64,000 nucleotides of DNA from positions 6,696,001-6,760,000 of the forward strand of contig NC_092673.1 of the NCBI RefSeq assembly GCF_964355755.1. The letters are read 5' to 3'. The position numbers were made by a program, and so were the translations under genes. A model generated the notes under the pieces. The model was not told where the DNA came from, did no database searches, and saw nothing but the letters and a program-made list of their open reading frames with translations. How positions within the stretch are numbered: the first letter of the stretch is position 1; each line of letters begins with the position of its first letter. Shown here one piece after another: positions 1-11,621 of this stretch. This DNA is from Antedon mediterranea. Taxonomy: Eukaryota > Animalia > Echinodermata.

Positions 1-472
1 GATGCTTTATGCTGACGCGCATACGTGCCAACGTTTTCCATCATCGTCTCGCTAGACCTTAAAAAAAAACCAGTTCCAATAGGAAATTCACGGTAATAAA
101 TCACGGATTTTTCAGAATTAAAACTTAATAAGTAATAAGAGGGCAAACTTGTTCAAAGATTTACGTAATAAAAAAAAGAGCTCTGACGAAACTGAGCGCA
201 ATTGGGTATATAATAATAAACTGTTATTAATTATACACAATGCCTTCAATGCTTATTTACATTTTAAGCGCAAGTTAATGTTTTCAAAACGTTTTAATAT
301 TTCGAAATTTACTCCAATAATTGGCAGATTAGATTTATTTAAATGAGTAATGAAAACATAGGTAAAAAATCAGTTAAATTTGTTATGATTTATCTAGGCC
401 TATACTTCATTTATTGTATACTACTATAGCCTACCGTACTAATTTATTTACACATTTTTTACATGTATTTCA

Positions 473-820
473 AGATGTATTGTCCCCCTGAAAATTTTTT
501 TAATTATATTTTTTTGTTGAATATGCCATTTTAATGTCACATAATAATTATCCACTTTGACCAAAAATTGGATTTCGAAAAAAAAATGTATTTACCTGAA
601 AAAACTGTAATTTAAAGCAAAAAATGGTCAAATTGGCTGCCAGTCAATGGTTTTTGGTGAAATTTAACCATTTATTTTGTCATTTTCTTAGTGAAAACAT
701 TTTTTTTTCCTATTTTTTTTTCTATGGAAGTGATTAACTTTATTAAAACTACAAAATAACATATTCAAAGTCTGATTTAATTAATCTTCATATTTCATGT
801 TTTTTGGGGACAATACATCT
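473..820 (+). mobile_element. Non-autonomous Kolobok-like MITE (about 350 bp)
   Basis: TIR AGATGTATTGTCCCC...GGGGACAATACATCT flanked by ttca/TTAA; closely similar copy at 9524-9855. Confidence 0.8.
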
Positions 821-2343
821 TTAAACAAAATTCTACCTCATCAACATAAAGATAACGTATACCACGTACGAAAACAGAGACATCAGAATGTCGAGACCAG
901 AAATCTTCGGGTAGATGTTTTCGAAAAACATGAAGTTTGGTGGTTTTCCGTATTGTGTGAAATTATTAATGATTGTATTGTTCATTTATGTTTCAATTTG
1001 AATCTCTAAAAAAATGATTTTTTTTGTTTGATTTTCCTTTCCAACAATCAAATCAAAATTATAACGTTTTTATAATTACTTGCTGCTATGCAGCGGTCTT
1101 CCGGAAGGTCTAGAATGAAAATCTTAAAAACATAAGTGGATTACTTCTAACAAAAATAGTGTTTTTTAAAAGACATTTCAAGATTGTTGAAGGATTTTTA
1201 GTAAGTAAGATTTTGTAATCTATTTCTCTAAACAAAACAGGACCAGACGTAAAACAGGTGCAATATTTATACCTGATATGTTTTTATCTGGTATAAATAT
1301 GTTTTTAAATTAAAAAAAATAATAATTCTCACAAACTGTTACCGATAAGGCTCGGCCTAATCATGGTTTCCGATACAAATCGCCAAATGATATTTCAGAG
1401 ACTCAGAAAATAGTGGTTTTTAGTTTTAATATTCCATTTAATTATAGTAAGGAAAACCTGAAAACATCCCATATTATAGATTTTACCATAATTTACTGGT
1501 TAATCCAAAAGTTCATTTCCACATTAATCGTAGTTTATATCTTTTCGTAAATCCCTAATCCCATTTGGCCTAATCGTAGTTTATCTTTACTTAAATCCCT
1601 AATCCCATTTCAAATGTTCATCCTAATGTTGATACCTATTTAATCCCATACACTATTCCACACTCGTCAAAGCACTTTTATTGATTTCTTATAGAAGAAA
1701 TATCTAATATCGTAATCCCATAACCTAATCTTTATCATAATCCTTTTTTTCGGATTACTTCTATATTTTATTTTTAATCCACGCACAGCTTTTCCAATCA
1801 TCATTATTTTCTAATTGTTAACCTTACAGTTGGAAGTGGCAAACCTTTTAGGGTTTTATACAAAACATTTCTTTATGCGACAGTAATACATACGTTTTAT
1901 TATACCCTTCGGCGGCCCTCGTTTACATGCATCGCTTGCCTCGAATAGAGTCATTCCTGCGACGCAATTTTTACGACTTCATCATTTTTGTTTGATATTT
2001 TTTTTCTATTTTAGCTTTTTCAATTTTCTCAATTGTGTTTTGTAATTGAAGTATTCCGCGATTGTAGATGAGTCTACGTAGTTTAGCTATCGAACCACTA
2101 AACTATTAGTTAACGAGTACCGGTGATGCGATATTGGCGGGAATTATCCCGCACGTGCCGTGTGATTGCTTGATATCTGTCCGTCTGTTGGCTTAGATGA
2201 TGCTAACCCAGTGCTAAGTACCAACATCATCAAAGTCTAATCACTGCTAAGCGATGCCTAGCAGTGTTTTTGACTGTTTGACACCTTTGGTAAACCACCA
2301 ACGGTCATCGTAGACTTTGTTTAACACTAGCATAAGGACTTAC

Positions 2344-2540
2344 GTTTAATTTGCATCGAATGAATTTTAAATCCGCATTATTAGGATTATCATCGCCGAT
2401 GCGTCCCATTACGAGTTCACGATTTCTCAATTTAACTGTCTTAATAGTGATTCTTATCTCTTCATCTATTCCAATACTTATTGTGTGATCTTCATAGAAT
2501 TCTTGACATGTTGCATACGTAAATTCATGTAATATTATAT
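2344..2540 (-). pseudogene. Exon-like open frame, possibly a divergent CUB-like domain remnant
   Basis: 65 stop-free codons IILHEFTYATCQEFYEDHTISIGIDEEIRITIKTVKLRNRELVMGRIGDDNPNNADLKFIRCKLN, perfect donor AAC|GTAAGT, polypyrimidine tract ending in CCG instead of CAG. Confidence 0.35.
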
Positions 2541-4367
2541 CGGCAATAAAAGAAAATATCTATTATTAATTATTCTCTGGAGGAGAGAATAACATAAAAG
2601 TACAACCTATAAACTTGGCCGAGCGTCACACATAGAATATGACATGGGTTCAAACTTTCATTCAAATAGCGTGCAACGAGTTTTGAACAAAAACAGGTCA
2701 GACAATGCAGCTCTTTAGGCCTAACATAAACGAAAAAAAGCAATTACCCGCCGCCCCCATCTTCCCCACCCAACCACAACAAAGAGAACATATGAGCAAA
2801 TCTTTATCTTACATGAGTAGTTTTATAAAGAAAGTCATAACGATATGCCTGTAATAATGGACTATTTATTAGTACCGAAAAGGACACTACGAACTTTTCA
2901 GAATGTGAACAATTTAATTCTTTTATAAAACATTAACGAAAGACTCTTCTTCTGTTCTATGTCTCTTGGAATGGTTTAATAAAGTATTATTAATAGCAAT
3001 TAGTTTTTCTGTTTCTTTCACAATTTTCTATGTTGACATGACTTTCGTTCTTTTTCTTCGTAAATATGTAATTTTACTACGAGGACATTTTCTCTTCCAA
3101 AACGGCAAAAATAATACATAATAAATTAAATGATTTGCGATATATTTGTATGTTTTGTTTTTAAGGTCTTCTATGAGATAATCTAAACTGGAAAAAATCC
3201 CAAATTAACAGAAATTAACTAGAATTAACTTGGGGAGAGAAGCTCATGTAAGAATACATTGTTTTCTATGATAGAAAGATAAATAGAATTTCATCTTTTT
3301 TTCTCATGCCACGCCAAAGCTACCATGGCCACTGAATAGGGCAGAGCAATATTTTAAACCATTCTCAAACAGATTTGATGTAGAAAGAAATGAAAACCAT
3401 TGACAACAAAATAAAAATAAGATAAAACATATTTGTTGTTCCTTACATTATCTTATAAAAAGAACAACATTTCTTTTTCTATTAAACATTGCTTTGTATT
3501 TGAACATGAAAACGGATACTTTAATTGGTCCATATTTCCTTTTCTTACCAGGAATACAATATACAACCGCATTTCAAGGACCCCCACTATTATCATTGTT
3601 ACGAGAGAAAACTTATATCAAAGGGTCTCGTCAAAATTTGTCTAATCATAAAAACCTTTATAATTCCAAGGTAAAATGTATTGTCTCCAAAGCACACCGA
3701 TAATACATTGCAAATGCAGCATGATAAAGATGTTTCAATGAAAATCGCATGTTCAATAATTTGACCAGATGGTATACAAACTGCACCAATGCCATGTTCA
3801 GGAGCATCGGCGAATAACTGGCGGGCATACGTTTCTTTAACGATTATTACCCTCAAAACGCCTCCAGGCAATATTTTTTTTGGTCAATCAATTTATCTGT
3901 CTCTTTATTAATTGATCAGCATTCAATGATTTCTATGTTTATAAACAGGTAAGCTATTTGCTACTCTTAACGACTGTCTCTTTATGGGATTGAAATCGTT
4001 TTTATGTTTACAAACAACGGTCAAAGGATACGCCTATTCGAACTTGGCTTTAATTGGTTATGGTAATATGCAATTTCCATTTAGTTGATGAGTCTTTAAT
4101 TATCCGATTCGTTTGTTTGTTTTAAGCAGCGATTATGAAGCAATTCCAGTCCCATAAGCAAGAATTAGGACGGTCGAGTAAAGGTTATCAGTGACAGAGT
4201 GTTTTTTTAAAAAGGCATACCTCTTTTTTCATAATTACCCTTCAGAATACACTGCGAGAGTAAAAATCTATAACAATCTATCAAATTATTCTAATTAGAA
4301 CGGTTCATGTACCCAGCTAGATCGGAGCTTTAAGCGGCCCAGTCGGGTGGCTTACCCTCAACTCGAA

Positions 4368-5285
4368 TTTAAAAGAGTCTGAACAGGCTCTGAGCTCAAA
4401 CTGTACAGGGGACAATCCACGAATGCAAAACTTTAGAAAAGTCTGAACATGCTCTGAACTCAACCTGTACATGGGGACAATCCACCAATCTAACAACTTT
4501 AGAAGAGTCTAAACAGTCTCATAACTCAGCCTGCACATGGGGACAATCGACCAATGCAACAACTTTAGAAGATTCTGAACAGGCTCAGAACTCAGCCCGC
4601 ATATGGGGACAATCTACTAATGCAACAACTTTAGAAGATTCTGAACAGGCTCAGAACTCAGCCCGCATATGGGGACAATCTACTAATGCAATAACTTTAG
4701 AAGATTCTGAACAGGCTCAGAACTCAGCCCGCATATGGGGACAATCTACTAATGCAACAACTTTAGACGAGTCTGAACAGGCTCTGAACTCAACTTGCAC
4801 ATGGGGACAATCCACGAATGCAACAACTTTAGAAGAGTCTGAACAGGCTCTGAACTCAACTTGCATAGGGGAACAATCCACCAATTCAACAACTTTAGAA
4901 GAGTCTGAACAGGCTCTGAACTCAACTTGCACATGGGGACAATCCACGAATGCAACAACTTTAGAAGAGTCTAAATAGGCTGAGAACTCAACCTGCACAT
5001 GGGAACAATCCACCAATTCAACAACTTTAGAAGAGTCTGAACAGGCTGAGAACTCAACCTGCACATGGGGACAATCGACCAATCCAACAACTTTAGACGA
5101 GTCTGAACAGGCTCTGAACTCAACCTGCACATGGGGACTATCCACCAATCCAACAACTTTAGAAGAGTCTGAACAGGCTGAGAACTCAACCTGCACATGG
5201 GGACAATCCACAAATGCAACAACTGTAGAAGAGTCTGAACAGGCTCTGAACTCAACTTGCATAGGGGAACAATCCACCAATTCAA
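4368..5285. repeat. 66-bp minisatellite, left block (about 14 units)
   Basis: Unit GAAGAGTCTGAACAGGCTCTGAACTCAACTTGCACATGGGGACAATCCACGAATGCAACAACTTTA; period 66 (e.g. 4771 to 4837). Confidence 0.97.
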
Positions 5286-6367
5286 GGGTATCACGAAACC
5301 TAAGACCACGAAAGCTAAGACCCCATAAGACCTAAGATCACGAAAGCTAAGACCCAAGACCTAAGATTACAAATTCTAAGATATACTACAGCTTAAAAAC
5401 AATACTTGCTTATCCATACATAATTTTAAACACAGTAGGTTTCATTTATTACCATAAATATAATTTAATACTACCGCAAAACATAGATAAACTCACATTA
5501 TTTTCGCCCGTTGAGTAAATGTATATTTTTTCTTTACAACAAACAAACTTGACGGGTTGTTTGTTGGTATATATTTACTCCAATGTGTTGGTTCAGAGGA
5601 TGTTTTTCTTACGCACCTGCCTTTCTTGTATTTTGACTCCAAATTTGTTGACTAACTTTATCCTGAATACCACACTTTAAAATTAGGACTTATAAGTACT
5701 TTCAGAAGGAGAAACACATAATAACAAATAAATAAATCCTTTAAATTGATGATTTTACAGACGTGTTTCTTTGTATACTGTAATGTAACTCCTCGAGCTC
5801 CCCATGCTCAATGTTTTTGTTTCTATGGAGCGCCAAAAGAGCAACAATAATAGTACAAGTATAAAAACAGAAAGAAAACGAAACAAAAAAACTTATCATA
5901 ATTTTTAAGTTAAAATTTATTTGCCAGTATTTATTTCTTCGTACTTGCATGATTATACTATTATCATTACAATTTTAATTTTACTTTGTTCCCTCCACAC
6001 TGTAGATGGTGGACTCCACAGAGTTTTCAGCCCTCTATATAATTTTTGCTCTTTCGACGTTCCATAGAAACAAAAACATTGAACATGGGGTAGGCCTACT
6101 TCTAGTGTGCTGTAGGCTAGTCATTTTGTGTGCGAGAAAAACGTCTGTAAAATCATCAATTTAAAAATGTATTTGTTACTTTTTATGTGATTCTTTTTCA
6201 TGAAAGTGCCAATTCTAAGGTGTGGTATTCAGAATAAATGTTGAGAGTTAAAATACAAGGCAGGTGCGAAAGATAAATATTTGTAATCTTAGGTCTTGTG
6301 TCTTAGCTTTCGTGATCTTAGGTCTTAGGGGGTCTTAGCTTTCGTGGTCTTAGGTTTCGTGACACCC
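5286..6367. mobile_element. Non-autonomous MULE/foldback-like DNA transposon (1082 bp) with 10-bp TSD
   Basis: TIR GGGTATCACGAAACCTAAGACCACGAAAGCTAAGACCCC and its reverse complement ending GTGACACCC; TSD ACCAATTCAA at 5276-5285 and 6368-6377; inner inverted arms about 5610-5845 vs 6045-6270. Confidence 0.88.
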
Positions 6368-7395
6368 ACCAATTCAACAACTTTAGAAGAGTCTGAACAG
6401 GCTCTGAACTCAACTTGCACATGGGGACAATCCACGAATGCAACAACTTTAGAAGAGTCTAAATAGGCTGAGAACTCAACCTGCACATGGGAACAATCCA
6501 CCAATTCAACAACTTTAGAAGAGTCTGAACAGGCTGAGAACTCAACCTGCACATGGGGACAATCGACCAATCCAACAACTTTAGACGAGTCTGAACAGGC
6601 TCTGAACTCAACCTGCACATGGGGACTATCCACCAATTCAACAACTTTAGAAGAGTCTGAACAGGCTGAGAACTCAACCTGCACATGGGGACAATCGACC
6701 AATCCAACAACTTTAGACGAGTCTGAACAGGCTCTGAACTCAACCTGCACATGGGGACTATCCACCAATCCAACAACTTTAGAAGAGTCTGAACAGGCTC
6801 TGAACTCAACTTGCACATGGGGACAATCCACGAATGCAACAACTTTAGAAGAGTCTTAAACAGTCTCAGAACTCAACCTGCACATGGGGACAATCCACCA
6901 ATGCAACAACTTTAGAAGAGTCTGAACAGACTGAGAACTCAACCTGCACATGGGGACAATCGACCAATCCAACAACTTTAGACGAGTCTGAACAGGCTCT
7001 GAACTCAACTTGCACATGGGGACAATCCACGAATGCAACAACTTTAGAAGAGTCTGAACAGGCTCTGAACTCAACTGCACAGGGGACAATCGACGAATCC
7101 AACAACTTTAGAAGAGTCTGAACAGGCTCTGAACTCAATTGCACAGGGGACAATCCACGAATCCAACAACTTTAGAAGAGTCTGAACAGGCTCTGAACTC
7201 AACTGCACAGGGGACAATCCACCAATGCAACAACTTTAGAAGAGTCTAAACAGTCTCAGAACTCAACCTGCACATGGGGGCAATCGACCAATCCAACAAC
7301 TTTAGCAGAGTCTGAACAGGCTCTGAACTCAACTGCACAGGGGACAATCCACCAATGCAACCACTTTAGAAGAGTCTAACAGGCTCAGAACTCAA
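6368..7395. repeat. 66-bp minisatellite, right block (about 15-16 units, some shortened by small deletions)
   Basis: Same unit continuing in register after the insertion. Confidence 0.97.
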
Positions 7396-9151
7396 AAAGG
7401 TTACTGTAAGTGCCGGCGGAATGGATCGAGTATCAAGTGCAGTGTGATGCTGTTAGTATCGTAAAAAATAATATTTATAAGGCATACATGATTTAATTAC
7501 TATATTCTGTTGCTTCGTATCAATTCGACCAAATTACAAACATGACGCCCTCTTACGATATCGACTATTCACTTGACAGAGGCCCGGTTTTGAAATGTAT
7601 TTATTGGAATGCTAATGTCAGTAAGTATACTCTCATGGAGAGAACACCTGGATCAAATATAATATAATTTTTATACATTTTGCCAAATAGTTTACTGTAT
7701 TTTATACGAATTATTTTATACGAATGACTTTTAAATATTGTCTGTACTTTTCTATTGCTTTCAACATTGTTCATACTGCAGTGTATTAACAATATTTTTT
7801 GATTTTTATATGAATTAGACCAATAAAAGATGAATTGAATTTAATTGAAATAAATCATCATCCTCTTCTTTTATTTACTCTGCAGAACTTCATTTAAATA
7901 TAAGTTGCTTTCTAAATTTCTATCCAAACATTTCCTTTCAACATCATTCAATTTTTCAAACGTGGTGGAATGGGAAAATTGTCTATTGTTGAACTGCTGT
8001 ATTCATTTCTTTATTTCCATATTTAAAAAAACTATGTATTTTTATTTATAAAAGGAAAAGAAAAAAAAACTTATTTTACTGTTGATTCGGTACTTTCAGT
8101 ATTTACATTATGGTACATGTATGGTACAATTCCTATTGTGTGCATATCTTTTGTAATACAAATTGGTGGATGTTAAAAAAAAATGTGCTCACGATTATTG
8201 CCATATGTGTCATAATTTCGATAACCACAAAAGCATATATTAAGGAGCATCCAGTAGGACATGTCTTGTGGTAGCTTGTATTATAGGCCCATAAAAGTAC
8301 GAAAGCAAAATAATTACCAGTTAATATATTAATGGAAACTTTAATTGTTTGTGTTGATACTTTCTCTACTCATTAGCATAATATATTACATATATTTCTA
8401 GACAGTTGTACAATATTATACATTTTCCATTTTCCTATTGCTTTTACCCGACACATTCGGGCCCCAAACGTTCCACCTAAACAGGGGTGTCCCCTGGCCA
8501 TAGCGCTAACACATGTTGCCCTCAGTTTGTTTCACGCGAAAGTTTCTCCTTAATAGGGGTGTGCCAACAGGGGGATTACTGTAATAACGCGGTAGGGCCT
8601 ACTTATGAGCAAGTACAAAATTTCCCACATTTCTTTCTATATAGTTCCTATGTTTCATTAACGCCTTTGTTATTGTGGTTACAAAATATTATGTCCATCA
8701 TGCATTTTGAAAGCTTTTTGGCTTTGTTTTTAAGAACCGTGTATTTTTAATATAATTAGGTATCTCCATTAGTTATCTATAATTATTTTATTTTATTTTA
8801 TTATGAAAATAAAATATTTAAAATAATTTCTTTCCAAACAATACACAGTGCAATCTAATCGAACTTTTGCATCATACCTTCCAAAACACAAGACGATAAA
8901 TCGATGACGTCACTTGTAATTAGTGGAATATGAAGCTCTGCATTCGAGATTAAAGCCGGACCGACAGCAGGCACCTGAGCTTTGAATTTTACGATGAAAT
9001 ATATTTTGCAGTTATGATTTGTTTACTTACAGAAATATTTGCGTTGACCCATAGTTTTATATCATTTCCAAAAGAAAAATAAACGAATAATAATACACGA
9101 ACGAAGAAAAATATTAAAATCAAGATAGCAGTATGGCAAAACAATTTTTTT

Positions 9152-9291
9152 AGCTCTATCTACACTATCAAAATAGTTTGACAAAAAAAGTGTGAAGTGC
9201 CCAAATATGGCAGTAATGTGACATTATTATGTCCATATATGATTACATCACATTCATTTGTCAAATAAAGTTTGAAAGTGTAGATAGATCT
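9152..9291. mobile_element. Short PIF/Harbinger-like MITE
   Basis: TIR AGCTCTATCTACACTATCAAA ... TTTGAAAGTGTAGATAGATCT; related decayed copy near 38292-38380. Confidence 0.7.
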
Positions 9292-9523
9292 TCAGAAACT
9301 CATACAAAAATGTAGACAGTTGATGTTTTCGTTATTGTTGAAGTAGAAGTAGAATACATTTGGGGCAATTTAATTCTCATTCACGTATAGATTTAGAAAC
9401 ATCGTGGTGATGTTTTTCAATATCTTCTACTTTCGTAAAATGCAATAGTTGTTCATAATAAGTAAACAAAATGTAAATGATGCATTTTGTAGAAAAATCA
9501 TATTTTTTCAATCAATACATTAA

Positions 9524-9855
9524 AGATGTATTGTCCCCCTGAAAACATAATTCTTTTTATTGAATATTCCATTTTAATGTAACAAAATAGTTATCCACCT
9601 TGATCAAAAATTGGATCGAAAAAAAATATATTTATCTGAAAAAATGTAATTTAAAGCAAACAATGATCAAATTGGCTGCCAATGGATTTTTGGTTGAATT
9701 TAACCATTTATTTTTTCATTTTACAAGTGAAAACACATTTTTTTTCGTTTTTTTTCTATGGAAGTTATTAACTTTATTAAAACTACAAAATAACATATTC
9801 AAAGTCTGATTAAATTAATCTTCATTTTTCATGTTTTTTGGGGGGCAATAAATTT
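9524..9855 (+). mobile_element. Kolobok-like MITE, copy 2
   Basis: TTAA|AGATGTATTGTCCCCC ... GGGGGCAATAAATTT|TTAA; body colinear with 473-820. Confidence 0.8.
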
Positions 9856-11286
9856 TTAAAGAAATTAAACAATATTTATTTTAAAAGCTTAATGCTAAGT
9901 TTATTCAGGGACCGATTAACTAAGATTTCTGATACGGATAACCGTTAGTAAGAACCACCCTCCTCCTAACAGTGACAGTTAGAACATTTAGCGTCCTCCA
10001 GAATTTCTCATATGTTTATTTATAAATAACAAATTACAAGGTAATAACAATAATCATAGATTTAGGGGCCTATATTGCGCAGATTTGTTACTTTCAAATG
10101 AATCGAAAGTGGGTGCATGTTTGACAAATGGTGGATGCAACAAAGGAAAATGTGCATTTACCATAAATGAGGAAACAACGAACATACAATGATTTGCCAA
10201 AGGAACGAATGGAATATAATATATCGAGGAACAAGTTGGATGATAAGGTGGCCGGAAAAATAGTAAAGCTTTTTGACAAGAAAACTCATTTTAAAAAATG
10301 CTTGAAAAGTGTTTTTTTCTTTGTATAATTTAGTGAAGGGAAAAGAGTAAGAGAGTAATGTAACGCCATAGATTCTGTACTGAAATAAACATTTGTTGTA
10401 ACAAAACATTAAACTGTACGTTGTCGAAGTAAACATTTCGAGTCGTTAGAAAATATCTATTCGGTGACGGGTTGCTTCACAGATGAAGACGAGTATTATG
10501 AGAAGACGATACAAACAGTAATCTGGAAAATTAAATTGTCTCAGCAACACTACGAGTACCGTTGATCTCTTAGACCCGACTTAGGGGCGAATTAATCATA
10601 ATAATGGCATATGCTGGTTTCCTTCGATCAACACTTAATATATTACACTCAATGGTATTCACTTTGAAAATTAAAATTCGTACGACTAAGCATTATTTTC
10701 TCATGTTGGGGATCGAAAGAAAATACGATCAATTTGTTGGTAAGCGGGTGTGGCGTTGGTTGTATTACCTTTGCCATTTTTGCTAATTAATGGAGTTGGA
10801 GTGATAAAAAGGCGCGAATAAAAAAAATAAACAAAGGCGCCAATAATCTATAGATGCATTTATTATTTGTTGAAACGAAGTAAAGGTAAGCCCATGAACT
10901 GGCGTTAGTTAGCTTGAGGCTTATAAAGTTCTGTGACCACTTTTAGTTTAATTACTTTTTGGTGTATTGAATCATCATGAGATAAGTATTATTATTAGCT
11001 ATCAAAAATGGCGTGTAGACCTAAAACGTTGTACTAATTAGATAATGTATATGATAACATTGTACAAATATGAACATTTTCTAAATTTACTTAATTGCAT
11101 TTAGCCTATAGTCAAACTTCTTTGCAAAGTTGCATCATGATAACAGTTCTACAAAGGTAGCTCAGTGTGTCTAAAATGTTAATGCAACAACGATTTGTAA
11201 ACACTAATAATGATATAATATTTATGTTTCGACAAAATTCTCCTCCATGACTAGACTCAATGACTATTATAGTCACGAAGGCCTAA

Positions 11287-11621
11287 AGGTACGTTGTCTC
11301 TTTGAAAATATATATTAAAAAAATTGTGTTGTTGAATATGCTATTTTTATGTCACATAGGCTAAATGTATTCGCTTTAACCAAAAATTGTATCTATAAAC
11401 AAAATATTTACCTGAAAAAACACCAGTAATTTATATAAAAAATAGTCAAATTAGCTGCCAGCCAATGGTGGTTTGGTTGAATTGAGCGTTGAATTTAACT
11501 GTTTGTTTTATCTTTTTATAATACTATTTTCTTCTTATTTTCTATGGAAGTGATTAACTTGATCAAATAAAACTACAAAATGGCCAATTGAAATTATTTT
11601 TTTATATTTTTGGGGACATCT
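11287..11621 (+). mobile_element. Kolobok-like MITE, diverged copy 3
   Basis: Shares internal blocks (gttgaatatgc, atttacctgaaaaaa, tctatggaagtgattaactt, aaaactacaaaa) and the terminal ggggacatct|ttaa. Confidence 0.7.

Noticed and set aside
4717-7153. Long minus-strand ORFs (187, 128, 168, 127 aa etc.) with 22-aa repeats
   Set aside because: By-products of the 66-bp stop-poor minisatellite; they overlap in several frames and are broken by small deletions and a transposon insertion
4368-7395. CRISPR-like array
   Set aside because: Units are contiguous with no unique spacers, there are no cas genes, and the context is eukaryotic
10096-10260. Cys-containing frame NESKVGACLTNGGCNKGKCAF...
   Set aside because: Several stops, no AG acceptor at the pyrimidine tract and no recognisable domain
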